64,000 bases of DNA from Acidimicrobiia bacterium (GCA_965215185.1 OZ244034.1:1856001-1920000); one strand, 5' to 3'; shown: positions 18,379-28,308, numbered from the stretch's first letter. The notes: a model not told the origin generated them from the letters alone. Numbers and translations: made by a program.

Positions 18379-19392
18379 CTAGAGAGGAATGCGCATGGCT
18401 TCGGCTATCACCTCGATACTGCTCATCAGTTCAGCGAACTCGTGAGGGAGGATCGCTTGGGCGCCGTCAACCAGAGCTGTTTCGGGAGTGGGATGGACAT
18501 CGATCATTATCCCGTCCGCTCCCACCGCCAAAGCCGCTCTGGAAAGGGGCGCCACCAATTGTCTTTTGCCCGACGCGTGGGAGGGATCGACGATCACCGG
18601 AAGATGGGATAGTTCTTTGAGGAGCGGAACTGCCGTGATGTCGAGAGTGTTGCGAGAGGCGGTCTCGAAAGTGCGGATACCCCGCTCAGCCATCAGAATC
18701 TCCTGATTTCCCTCTTTAAAGATGTATTCGGCGGCGTTCAGCCATTCCTCCAAAGTGGCGGTGAAGCCCCGCTTGAGCATCACCGGGGTCTTGGTGCGGC
18801 CCACTTCGGTAAGGAGGGCAAAGTTGGACATATTCCGGGTTCCGATCCGGACCATGTCGGCGTATCCGGCCACCAGTTCCACGTCTCGGGGATCCAGCAC
18901 CTCGGCCACGAACGGCATGTCAAATTCCTCGCGGGCCTCGGCCAAGAGCATCAGCCCCTTTTCCTTCAAACCCTGAAAGGAGAACGGAGAAGTGCGCGGC
19001 TTGAAGGCGTCTCCCCGCAACACCGTGGCGCCCGCCTCTCTCACGGCCTCGGCGGTTTGGAACAATACGTCCCGAGATTCCACGGCACACGGTCCCGCGA
19101 TAGCAGTAAACGACCCGTCGCCGATCCTCACCCCCCGGATCTCGATCACTGTGTTCGCCTCCTGGAACTCCCGGCTCACCAGCTTGAAAGGCCTCATCAC
19201 CGGTACGGCCTTCTCCACACCACCCAGCGCCTCCAGGGGCAATTGCAGAATCTGCTGACGATCACCCACTGCTCCTATGACAGTCCGGAAACGTCCCACC
19301 GACACATGAGCCTCACAATCTATAGACTGAAGCCGGTTCACAACGACCTGAACCTGTTCGTCGGTAGCGTCTTGTCTCATCACGATGATCAT
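18379..19392 (-). CDS. aroF: DAHP synthase type I-beta with N-terminal regulatory domain
   Basis: [38 protein letters not shown]. Confidence 0.93.
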   Translation of the reverse strand: MIIVMRQDATDEQVQVVVNRLQSIDCEAHVSVGRFRTVIGAVGDRQQILQLPLEALGGVEKAVPVMRPFKLVSREFQEANTVIEIRGVRIGDGSFTAIAGPCAVESRDVLFQTAEAVREAGATVLRGDAFKPRTSPFSFQGLKEKGLMLLAEAREEFDMPFVAEVLDPRDVELVAGYADMVRIGTRNMSNFALLTEVGRTKTPVMLKRGFTATLEEWLNAAEYIFKEGNQEILMAERGIRTFETASRNTLDITAVPLLKELSHLPVIVDPSHASGKRQLVAPLSRAALAVGADGIMIDVHPTPETALVDGAQAILPHEFAELMSSIEVIAEAMRIPL

Positions 19393-19549
19393 CGGCGATC
19401 CCTTTTCGTCAATCTGTCTCCAATATTACGGCTCCACAAACTACCGAGAGTCGTTGAATCACCTCGCCGGAGCGCAGGACGGTGATCGCGAAGTATTCCG
19501 AAGGCCTGACCGAACCCTGCGTCCGGTGGTCCGGTAACCTCTTTCCGAT

Positions 19550-20104
19550 ATGTCCATTGATATCGCCGGATTCATTCACAACGTCAAAGAACACGCGATC
19601 AAACACGCCTTTCATATTCACGACGAGCGACACTTTGTGGAGACCTATTCGCTTCGCCAATCCTGGGAGGTGGACCTACATCCCGCCGAGTCCTGCAACC
19701 TGCCCATCGACCTGCACCTGTCGTTGGATGTTGAACCCCGGGCGCTGTTGGCCCTGCTCGACCGCCTGGAAGAGATGGACGACGACTTCGAGGAACCAGA
19801 AGACATATATCAGATGCACATGTACTTCAACTGGTCGGTTCCTCCGCTCACCAATCCGCCGGATTTGTTAGTGCTGGCCACCGATCTGGCCGGAGTGGGC
19901 GACATCCCGCTCCCCATCGAAGTGCAGGCCATCGACTCCTACGCTCCCCTGGGCCCTCCCACTCAACGGCGTCTGATGATCACCGGCACCGTTCACATCT
20001 CCATGGTCGACGTGGTGATGGGACGCGAACAGCTGTGCGAAACCTTGGACCTGGCCAAAGAGGTAAGCGTCTATTTGGCCGACCATATCGAAGCCTGGGT
20101 TTAA
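19550..20104 (+). CDS. Hypothetical protein
   Basis: 184-aa ORF with host-like codon use filling the gap before element copy 2. Confidence 0.7.
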   Translation: MSIDIAGFIHNVKEHAIKHAFHIHDERHFVETYSLRQSWEVDLHPAESCNLPIDLHLSLDVEPRALLALLDRLEEMDDDFEEPEDIYQMHMYFNWSVPPLTNPPDLLVLATDLAGVGDIPLPIEVQAIDSYAPLGPPTQRRLMITGTVHISMVDVVMGREQLCETLDLAKEVSVYLADHIEAWV

Positions 20105-20116
20105 GGGAGGGAGGGA

Positions 20117-21453
20117 GGGACTTATATACCTGAGTACCCGAGGGTGCTCTGATACTGTATCTGTGTCGTCTGCCTGCCGTTTCGCCCCGAAGAGCTCGCC
20201 GGTCTTACAGCAGAGGTTTGTATAGCGCGACACATCGGCTGACAGTCCCGGCCGATCCCGAGGTTCCCGGTGGGGAAAGCCTCGGGCGCATATGTTTCTT
20301 GCGGCGGTGTGGTCTCTGCACATGATGAGACCGCACCCTCCGCACTCGTACACTCGCACAGACAGAGGCATGCTCTGTCTGTGACCGCAGCACGAGCAGT
20401 CCGTGGAGGTGTGTGACGGGTTTACTCTCACATACGGGACACCAGTTTTCCAGGCTTTGTGTGCCAGTATCTGACAGAGAGTCTCCCATCTTTGTTCGGA
20501 CATCTTCTTGGAGAACCTCTTGGATCTGAGCATTCCCCCCACGTTCAAGCCCTCCACCGCCATGCCGTCGTGGGCGCTCACCAACTGGTGGGCTAGGCGG
20601 AAGTCGGCCTGTCGGGCTCGTTCCTTTTCTCTGCGCCACACCTTGGCGTGAGCCGCCACCTTCTTGCGGCGTGAGAGGGAACCTTTCTTCGATCTGCTGA
20701 TCTGGCGCTGGGTTCTCCTTATAGCGGAGCGATCCACCACTGGAGCGGGGATGCTCCGCCCGTTCGAGGTGGGAAGGCGGATGTGCAGTCCCAGGTCTAT
20801 ACCCACCGGATGTTGCGGCTCCTTCTCGGCCATGGGGCGGTGCGGGTGTCTCAGCACCACCTGCACCTCGGTTCTCAGAGGAGTGCGCACCACTCGCAGT
20901 TCCACCACCATGGCGCCGAGACCGAGCGCGGTAGCGAGTCGGTTGCTCCGGTCGGAGAACCGCAACCGAGGTACACCCTTCACCTGCAATCTCCACCATC
21001 GTTCCGATTGGTTGTTGCCGGTACCGGGCGCACAGACCATGGATGGGGTCGGATCGGGTATCTCTATGGAACGCCAACGGTGCGAAGGCTTGAAGCGCGG
21101 ATACCCCCGGGCCTTCCTCCTTCTTTGCACCTGCGATAGAAGGCGGCTCTGGCCCTGTCAAAACGGCGGATGACCCCTCTGCCTACCTTGACGGACAGCC
21201 GGTTCCACTCCGCAAGATCCTCGCGGACCCCGGTGAACTGCTTTATCAAGTCCTACTTGGATTGGTTCAGTTCGGAAGGGAACGTCTCCGTTTCCAGATT
21301 ATGGTGTTCCTTCCACCATGAGTATGCGCCTTTCCACGACTCCAGGCAGGCGTTGTACATCTCGGCGCACATTCCGAAAATCTCCGTGAGCCTGCGGTGC
21401 TGGGAGGGTGAACACTTGGCGGGCAGGTGCATGGCCTGAAACCAAACATCCAT
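20117..21453 (-). pseudogene. tnpB: TnpB, disrupted by a TAG stop (21255-21253) and a frameshift near 21115
   Basis: MYNACLESW, GYPRFK, VGIDLG, AVEGLNV, CSCCG/CGGCG, RDHTAARNI across three ORF pieces. Confidence 0.9.
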
Positions 21454-21461
21454 AGGGTGTC

Positions 21462-21483
21462 AGCGTACCCAGAGGGTGTGACA
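21462..21483 (-). promoter_or_regulatory. Putative tnpB promoter, TGTC-N12-TANNNT
   Basis: Minus strand TGTC ACACCCTCTGGG TACGCT, 8 nt before ATG 21453. Confidence 0.55.
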
Positions 21484-21639
21484 CTCTTTGCGCGTTAGGA
21501 GCCCGTGGGCAATCAGGTATACAAGTCCCCTTCAAAGCCATCCGCACCCTGCGGTGCTGTCCAGTTGCGCTTTGACCGACGGATCGGTGGTGGCGGGGGT
21601 GGGCCCTACGGGGGAGGAAACTAGGTGGTTTTTCGCGGG

Positions 21640-22608
21640 TTAGGGATAGCCGAACTGGGGTTGCAGTCCTACAACCTTGGGTCCGTCCTCTTCCATCTCC
21701 AAGAACACCAGCCAGGTGGACCAATCGAGTCCGCCCAGGGTCTCGTCATCTCCGGGGTCGTGTATGGCTACCCATGGGAAGTTGGCGAACGCCGAAGAAA
21801 TCGCCGATCCGGGCAGCACCGCATTGGAGCCCAACGGGAGGGCGCCCACCTCGATCGTCATGTCCTCGTCCAGGTAATCAGAGAGGAAGGCATCGGAGAT
21901 CACTTCCTTCCAGGATCCCACCGTGGCGGCCCCCTCGCTGGCCGAAGCTCCGGTGTTCGACCACTTCAAATCGGTGTCGTCGGAGGCCAATGTGCCTAGC
22001 TCCTCCGGTGTCCAGCGCCGCAAGTTGTCGTCAAAATAGATAGCGAACAGACCCCTCCAGGACACGCTGTCGGCCAAGCCTTCTCCCAGCACCAAAGCGT
22101 TGGCGAATCGGTCGAGAGCCGAACTCCATTCCCACTCCTGTTCGACCTCCGACGGCGTCCAAATCTCGGTCAGGTAATAGCCGTAGGCCCATCCCTGGAA
22201 ATCCGCAGTTCTCACTTCGTGCCAAATCCGGCCCTCGTCCACTTCGACAGCGCCGGTGGCGACCAGCTCCGCCTGAGCCGGCGCAAGCTCGCCGACGACG
22301 GGATTCTGGGTTCCCGGATCTCCCCGGACGTTCAATTTGTTGTTTGACTCACCGGGCGCAAGCACCACCACCCCCAGGCTTCGGCGAGGGATGGTGGTGG
22401 TGGTAGTGGGCGCGGCGGTGGAAGCAACCGTGGCTTGATCCGTTGTGTCGGGTGCCGCATTTGCGTCTGCTGCACCTTCCGAAGTGGTGGTGGCTTCACC
22501 ATTGGAGCCTTCTGCATCGTCGCCTCCGCATGCCGCCAGCACCAGAGTCATCAGCACCATCACCCACAGAAGTCGGCGAGGCACGGTCTGCGATGCAGTA
22601 TGGGACAT
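21640..22608 (-). CDS. Lipoprotein with SH3b-like domain
   Basis: LAAC lipobox, Thr-rich linker, LNVRGDPG..VVGEL..WHEV..GWAYGYYL. Confidence 0.8.
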   Translation of the reverse strand: MSHTASQTVPRRLLWVMVLMTLVLAACGGDDAEGSNGEATTTSEGAADANAAPDTTDQATVASTAAPTTTTTIPRRSLGVVVLAPGESNNKLNVRGDPGTQNPVVGELAPAQAELVATGAVEVDEGRIWHEVRTADFQGWAYGYYLTEIWTPSEVEQEWEWSSALDRFANALVLGEGLADSVSWRGLFAIYFDDNLRRWTPEELGTLASDDTDLKWSNTGASASEGAATVGSWKEVISDAFLSDYLDEDMTIEVGALPLGSNAVLPGSAISSAFANFPWVAIHDPGDDETLGGLDWSTWLVFLEMEEDGPKVVGLQPQFGYP

Positions 22609-22722
22609 ACCAATTCAGATTAGCACCCAGCCGGAACGTATTTCCTGTCAAAAACATGCTTTTATGAAGTCAGCGCCCTCCGTTGCATTACCAGGGTCGC
22701 CCTCCGGTCGCGTAGACACTCG

Positions 22723-23571
22723 CTAGGGCTGCTCGCCCCTCTCCAGCCGCCGGTTGATGTCACTCACCACCTCCACCAATTCCAACGGCTCGTCGATCAC
22801 ATAATGAGCGCCAGCCTCCCGCAGCAATCGACGGGTGTTTGCCAAACGCCGGGCCACCTGCGCCGACGACCACGACTCCGCCTGCTCCAAGGTGTCGGCG
22901 TTCATGTAATTGCTGTATCGGGCGATCCCCACCGTCCAGCATCCCGCCGACAAGCCCTCCTCCACTCCCGAGACCGTGTCGTCCACCTTGACCACCGACT
23001 GAATGGGGTGCACATCGAGCAGCTCCAGATTGCGATACAGCATGAAGGGGCGGGGACGGCTGCCATGAGCCACCTCGTCACCCGTCACGGTGCAATCGGG
23101 GTAAAAGCCCTGTTGGCGGGCGTGCTCCAAGAGGACATTCACCATGGATCGCAAGAACCCGGTGGTCATGCCGATCTTTACGCCGAGGTCACCCTGCAAC
23201 TTCTCCGCCATTTCCACCACGCCCGGCAGGAGTTGGGCGTACTCGGGAAGACATTCGATCTGACGCGGCTCGAACTCTTCGAACAGCGACTGAGCGTCAC
23301 TGTCACCGGGTTCTGTGCCGTGGGTGGCCATCCATCGTTCTCTGATGACAGGATCTTCCAGCAGCCTTCTGATATGCAGATCCTTGGACAAACCCATCGG
23401 ACCCCGCGCCCGTCCCATACTTATCTCCACACCCCTGGTTTTGAACACCTCCACAAAAGTCCGGGCCGGGGCCATCACATAGGCGTCACAAACGGTTCCG
23501 CTCCAATCAAGGATTGCCCCACGAACCGGGCCACGGAACTCTCGGGCCAAAGGTGATTCGAACTTCCACAT
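22723..23571 (-). CDS. phnX: Phosphonoacetaldehyde hydrolase
   Basis: ILDWSGTVCD, PMGLSKDLHIR (Schiff-base Lys), SRPRPFM, VKVDDT. Confidence 0.9.
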   Translation of the reverse strand: MWKFESPLAREFRGPVRGAILDWSGTVCDAYVMAPARTFVEVFKTRGVEISMGRARGPMGLSKDLHIRRLLEDPVIRERWMATHGTEPGDSDAQSLFEEFEPRQIECLPEYAQLLPGVVEMAEKLQGDLGVKIGMTTGFLRSMVNVLLEHARQQGFYPDCTVTGDEVAHGSRPRPFMLYRNLELLDVHPIQSVVKVDDTVSGVEEGLSAGCWTVGIARYSNYMNADTLEQAESWSSAQVARRLANTRRLLREAGAHYVIDEPLELVEVVSDINRRLERGEQP

Positions 23572-23590
23572 TGCCTTTACCAGGGAGCCG

Positions 23591-23704
23591 ATCGGAGCGA
23601 ACAATTCGTAATCAACATTTCCTCTATAAGTCTGCCAATCGGAGCGAACAATTCGTAATCAACATTTCCTCTATAAGTCTGCCAATCGGAGCGAACGATT
23701 CGTA
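23591..23704. repeat. 47-bp tandem repeat, 2.4 copies
   Basis: ATCGGAGCGAACAATTCGTAATCAACATTTCCTCTATAAGTCTGCCA at 23591 and 23638, partial at 23685. Confidence 0.95.
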
Positions 23705-23719
23705 GTATTGTCCCGTCCC

Positions 23720-24496
23720 ATGTCGGAGACTGTTCAACTATTCGTCACTTGCGTTATCGACGCCATCTTTCCGCAAGTCGGCCGCGACGTTGTTGAGGAG
23801 TTGGAAAGAAATGGTGTAACCGTTGAATTTCCCGAGGACCAGACCTGCTGCGGCCAGCCGGCCTACAACGCCGGGCATCTTCGGGAGGCATCCGAGGTGC
23901 TGGTCCACAATCTGGAGGTTCTGGACCGCACCGAAGGGCCCATAGTGATTCCCTCCGGATCCTGCACCGACTTCATCATGCATCACGGCCCGCGGGTGGC
24001 CGCCGATATTCCGGGCAGGGCCGACATTGCCAAGCGGGTGGCGGCTCGCATCCGCGAGTTCACGTCTTATCTTGTCGAAAAGCGGCGAGAAATCGCCAGC
24101 GAGGGGACCGCAGACGAAAGCGGGGACAACGGAGAGCGGCGGCGGGCCTACTACCACCCTTCCTGCCACGCTCTGCGCGGCCTGGGTCTGCGCCGAGAGG
24201 GGGAAATGCTGTTGGAATCGGTGAAGGGGGTGGAACGGGTTGAACTCGAGGGTGCCGAGGAATGCTGTGGATTCGGTGGCCTGTTCGCATTGGAGATGCC
24301 CGAAATCTCCGCCAAGATCATGAACACCAAGCTGGATCGACTGGAGAACGGGGAAGTGCAGATGCTGGTGGGCGCCGACGTGGCCTGCCTCATGCACATG
24401 GAAGGGGGCCTTCGTCGCCGCAAGAACCCCATGCAGGTGCTGCACATCGCCTCGGCGCTGGCCGGTGGCCGGGCCGTTGATGGAGAATACCAATGA
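23720..24496 (+). CDS. lutA: Lactate utilization protein A (CCG-domain Fe-S protein)
   Basis: LFVTCVID, QTCCGQPAYNAG, PSGSC, ECCGFGG, CLMHMEG. Confidence 0.9.
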   Translation: MSETVQLFVTCVIDAIFPQVGRDVVEELERNGVTVEFPEDQTCCGQPAYNAGHLREASEVLVHNLEVLDRTEGPIVIPSGSCTDFIMHHGPRVAADIPGRADIAKRVAARIREFTSYLVEKRREIASEGTADESGDNGERRRAYYHPSCHALRGLGLRREGEMLLESVKGVERVELEGAEECCGFGGLFALEMPEISAKIMNTKLDRLENGEVQMLVGADVACLMHMEGGLRRRKNPMQVLHIASALAGGRAVDGEYQ

Positions 24497-25896
24497 GCCA
24501 GCCGGTTACCTTCCGCCGTCGCGCCATTGAAGAGATGGCCACTTCCAAACCCGCGGCGGTGGACCGGGCAGCGCGCCGGTTTACCGACAAACGCCAATGG
24601 GCGGTGAACGATTTCGCAGCCATGGAGGAAACCCGCGACCGGGGCCGGGAGATCCGCCTTCACACCCTGGCCAACCTGCACCGCTACCTCGACCAATTCG
24701 CCGACTCGGTGGAACGCGCCGGAGGGCAGGTGCTGTGGGCCGCCGACGCGGCTGAGGCCAACCAGCAGATCGCCGAGTTGATAGCCAGGAAAAAGGGTTC
24801 GCTGGTGATCAAATCCAAATCGATGGTCACCGAAGAACTCGGACTCCTCCACCATCTGGAAAACGAGGGCCACACCGTGGTGGAGACCGATCTGGGAGAG
24901 TTCATCGTCCAGATCGCCAAGGACCATCCGTCCCACATCATCGCGCCGGTCATGCACCTCACCCGCCAGGACATCGGCGCCCTTTTCCAACAGGAACTGG
25001 GATTTCCCTATTCGGAGGACCCGGCTGATCTAACCCAGATGGCCCGCCGGCACCTACGACGATTTTTCCTCTCCGCCGATGTGGGGATCTCGGGAGTGAA
25101 CATGGGAGTGGCCGAGACCGGATCGATAATCACCATCACCAACGAGGGCAACGGCTGGCTGACCACCGCCGCGCCCCGGTTGCACATCGCGGTGATGGGC
25201 ATGGAGCGCCTGGTTCCCACTATGAATGACGCGGCCACCATCGTGGAGATACTGGCTCGGTCGGCCACGGGTCAACGGCTGAGCGTCTACACCAATGTGG
25301 TGACCGGCCCGAGAAGACCGGGCGACCCGGACGGGCCGGACGAGATGGCGGTGGTGATCGTGGACAACGGGCGCAGCCTCGTGTTGGAAAGCGACGCCTC
25401 CGAGATCCTGGCCTGCATCCGGTGCGGCGCCTGCCTGAACGTCTGCCCTGTGTTCCGGGAGGTGGGGGGTCACGCCTACGGACAGGTGTATCCCGGTCCG
25501 GTGGGGGCGGTGCTGGCGCCCGGGCTGGCCGACTTCAAGGATCATTTGGACCTGCCCTATGCCTCCAGCCTGTGCGGAGCGTGCCGGGAGGTATGCCCGG
25601 TGCGTATCGACATCCCCAAGCTCCTGGTCAACCAACGCGTTCGAGCCACCAAGGAAAACGATCCGTTCCGGTGGATGGGCCCGGGACTGGCCGTTTACCG
25701 CCAAGCCGGCAAGCGCCCGCTGCTGTGGAAATCGTTGCTGGCCGCCGGGCGAATGGCCGGGCGGGTAAAGAAAGAAGGCGAGTGGTTCCACCGCCTGCCC
25801 TTCCAAAGCAAAGGGTGGACCGACAGCCGCGACTTTCCCCCACCGGCGAAACAGTCCTTCCGGCAATGGTGGAAAGAAAGCCGCGATGGAACGTAG
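24493..25896 (+). CDS. lutB: Lactate utilization protein B
   Basis: KSKSMVTEE, ETDLGE, PSHIIAP, CIRCGACLNVCP, SSLCGACREVCP. Confidence 0.92.
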   Translation: MSQPVTFRRRAIEEMATSKPAAVDRAARRFTDKRQWAVNDFAAMEETRDRGREIRLHTLANLHRYLDQFADSVERAGGQVLWAADAAEANQQIAELIARKKGSLVIKSKSMVTEELGLLHHLENEGHTVVETDLGEFIVQIAKDHPSHIIAPVMHLTRQDIGALFQQELGFPYSEDPADLTQMARRHLRRFFLSADVGISGVNMGVAETGSIITITNEGNGWLTTAAPRLHIAVMGMERLVPTMNDAATIVEILARSATGQRLSVYTNVVTGPRRPGDPDGPDEMAVVIVDNGRSLVLESDASEILACIRCGACLNVCPVFREVGGHAYGQVYPGPVGAVLAPGLADFKDHLDLPYASSLCGACREVCPVRIDIPKLLVNQRVRATKENDPFRWMGPGLAVYRQAGKRPLLWKSLLAAGRMAGRVKKEGEWFHRLPFQSKGWTDSRDFPPPAKQSFRQWWKESRDGT

Positions 25897-26539
25897 CCAG
25901 TTCCTGAAGCGGATCGAACAGGCCCTCGGCTCCGATTCCCTGCCCGGGCTTCCCGCCCGCCATCCCGACCACCACCTCCCCCACCTGGAAGAGGTGGACC
26001 TGACCACTCATTTCATAGCCGCCTTCGAGCTGCTGGACGGGATAGTCCATCACGGATCGCCTCTGGACGTGATCACCCGGATCATGGAAGACCGCGGAAC
26101 CCGGGAGTACCTGGCCTGGGACCAGGAGCACCTTCCCAGCGAGGGCCTGTTAGACGCTCTGGGACAGAAGGGATACCGGCGGAAGGGAACCGTCCTGCCA
26201 TCCGACCCCGATGGTCGTATCCCCCACCAGATGGGCTACATGGACGCCGAGGTTGGGATCTCCGCGGCGATGGCCGCCCTGGCCGAGTCCGGCTCGGTGG
26301 TGGTGACTTCGGGACCCGGGCGTTCTCGTTTGGCCTCGGTGATCCCCGCCGTTCACATAGTGCTGGTGCCCACCAGGCTGATCTTTCGCTCGCTATCCCA
26401 TTGGGCGGCGCAGGTTGAATCACCCGATCAGTTGGCGAACATCATGGTCATAACCGGACCCAGCCGCACCGGCGACATCGAACTCACCCTCACCAAAGCA
26501 GTGCACGGACCCGGCGACATCCACGCCGTTCTGCTGTAG
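25886..26539 (+). CDS. lutC: Lactate utilization protein C (LUD domain)
   Basis: ALAESGSV, ITGPSRTGDIE, VHGP. Confidence 0.9.
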   Translation: MERSQFLKRIEQALGSDSLPGLPARHPDHHLPHLEEVDLTTHFIAAFELLDGIVHHGSPLDVITRIMEDRGTREYLAWDQEHLPSEGLLDALGQKGYRRKGTVLPSDPDGRIPHQMGYMDAEVGISAAMAALAESGSVVVTSGPGRSRLASVIPAVHIVLVPTRLIFRSLSHWAAQVESPDQLANIMVITGPSRTGDIELTLTKAVHGPGDIHAVLL

Positions 26540-26577
26540 GCGCCACCCCGTCCTCCTCAAGCTCCCGGGGTGTTTCA

Positions 26578-26823
26578 TCATGACAGTTGAATAGCTATCG
26601 GCTTTAGGTCTTCACTTGGAATCAAGGAGAGACCCATGAGGTTGATAATGTCTTCCCCGATCCCTTGGACGATCATCTCCCCAGGTTCTATATCTGTAGG
26701 GCCGAATGCGACTTCGCCGCCAAAGTTGACATACGCCCTGCGATAGAGATCGAAGCATTCATAGAGCACCTGATAGAGCTCTTTCGAAAAGCCTTCCTGC
26801 CCCCTGTAGTCGGCGCGACGTAG
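26578..26823 (-). pseudogene. 3' remnant of an unknown lower-GC gene cut at the right end of element copy 3
   Basis: Frame LRRADYRGQEGFSKELYQ...IAIQLS* is open right up to the TIR; its 5' part is not on the other side of the element. Confidence 0.5.
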
Positions 26824-26824
26824 A

Positions 26825-28228
26825 GGGACTTATATACCTAGGTTGACAGAGCGTCTAGGTGATACTGTTCTGCGGTGTCTGCCAGCATCTTCCGGCCTGA
26901 GCCGAAAGATGTCTTACAACAGAGATTTGTAGAGCGCACCGCGTCGGGAAACACGAGGTCATGTCCCACCCGACCCCAAGGATCCCAGGTGGGATAGTCT
27001 CGGGCGCATATGTTGATTGCAGCATTGTGGTCTCTGCACATGGTCAGTCCACACTGTTCGCACCGGAAGGTTCTCACGTTGAGGGGCATCTTTTGGTGAT
27101 GCCCGCATCGGGAACAGTCGGTGGAGGTGTGGCGAGGGTTTACCCCCGCATAGTGGACACCAGCTTTCGCGGCTTTGTGTTCCAGTATGAGATCGAAGGA
27201 TCCCCAGCGTTGCTGTGACATCTGTTTGGAGAACAGCTTGGTTTTCAGCAGTCCGGCGATATTGAGCTTTTCGACAGCTATGCCGTCGTAGGCCTTGACC
27301 AGGCGGTCGGCCAGGCGGAAGTCCGACTGGATGGCCTGTTCCTGTAGGCGGCGGTGCTGTTTGGCGAGAGTGTTTGCGCTTCTTGATGCGAGACCGTGAT
27401 CCCTTGACGGACCTGCTGAACCGGCGCTGAGCGCGCAACGCCTGTCGCAGATCCACGGTTGTGGGTGGTAGGTGTTCGCCGTCGGAAGTGACCAGGCGTG
27501 ACTTGAGGCCCTTGTCCAAACCGACGGGATTGACAGGATCTGCCACCGGTGGGCGGTCAGGGTGCTTGATGACCGCGTGTATCTCGACTCGCAGAGGAGT
27601 GCGGGCCACTCGCAGTTCCACCAGCCGGCCGCTCTCCAACGCGGTAGTGAGGCGGTCGTGTTTGTCCTCGAACCGTATCTGCGGCACGCCCTTCACCTGT
27701 AGTCTCCACCACTTCTCGCTGTGGTTCTTTCTCTCTCCCGGAGCTTTGAGCATCGCGCGGTCAGCGTTCACAATCTCTATCGACTTCCACCGGTGACGCG
27801 GCTTGAAACGGGGAAACCCGGCCTTCTTGGAAGGGTCCTTACATCTCTTATAAAAGGCCTGAATAGACCGGTCGAAGCGGCGCAACGTTCCGCGCCCCAC
27901 TCGAAGGCTCAAACGCTGCCACTCAGGATGGTCCTTGCGTACATCGGTGAACATCCGCAGACGGTCATAGTGAGACTGGTTCAGTTCTAGGGGAAGGGGT
28001 TCGTCGGGATGGTGTTCTTTCCACCACCGGTATGTGCCCTTCCATGATTCCAGGCATGCGTTATACAACTCGCAACACTGCGCGAAGATGTCATCCAAAC
28101 GACGGTGCGCCGAGCGGGAACAATGCCCTTTCAGCCGGATCGTCTGCACCCAAGGAACCATCATCTAAAAATATCCCACCCCTGCGAAAAAAGGGGTGGC
28201 TGGTTGTCAACCTAGGTATATAAGTCCC
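26825..28228 (-). mobile_element. Non-autonomous tnpB element with perfect 24-bp TIRs (copy 3)
   Basis: GGGACTTATATACCTAGGTTGACA (26825-26848) and TGTCAACCTAGGTATATAAGTCCC (28205-28228); no matching TSD. Confidence 0.92.
26838..28164 (-). pseudogene. tnpB: TnpB, single frameshift near 27370
   Basis: LYNACLESW, GFPRFK, VGLDKG then shifted frame AVEKLNI, CSRCG/CEQCG, RDHNAAINI; stop codon lies inside the TIR. Confidence 0.9.
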
Positions 28229-28308
28229 CACGATAACCCCTAGCCCGCGCCGTCGAAGAGGGACGATGGCGTCCCGCCCCCGGGCATCTTGTCTAATCTG
28301 GTTTGATC

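Larger units (their letters stand above)
20117..21529 (-). mobile_element. Non-autonomous tnpB element with 23-bp TIRs (copy 2)
   Basis: GGGACTTATATACCTGAGTACCC (20117-20139) and GGGCAATCAGGTATACAAGTCCC (21507-21529), 3 mismatches; no matching TSD; (GGGA)n run at the right end. Confidence 0.9.

Noticed and set aside
23591-23704. Repeat considered as a CRISPR array
   Set aside because: Units are contiguous and identical with no unique spacers; no cas genes
5718-28164. TnpB copies considered as nuclease-dead TldR regulators
   Set aside because: RuvC D, E and D residues are present in all three; inactivation is by frameshift or stop
28258-28276. GGGACGATGGCGTCCC hairpin resembling the 5' half of a fluoride riboswitch
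   Set aside because: Stem/loop register does not fit, no 3' half follows, and the downstream gene is an aminotransferase
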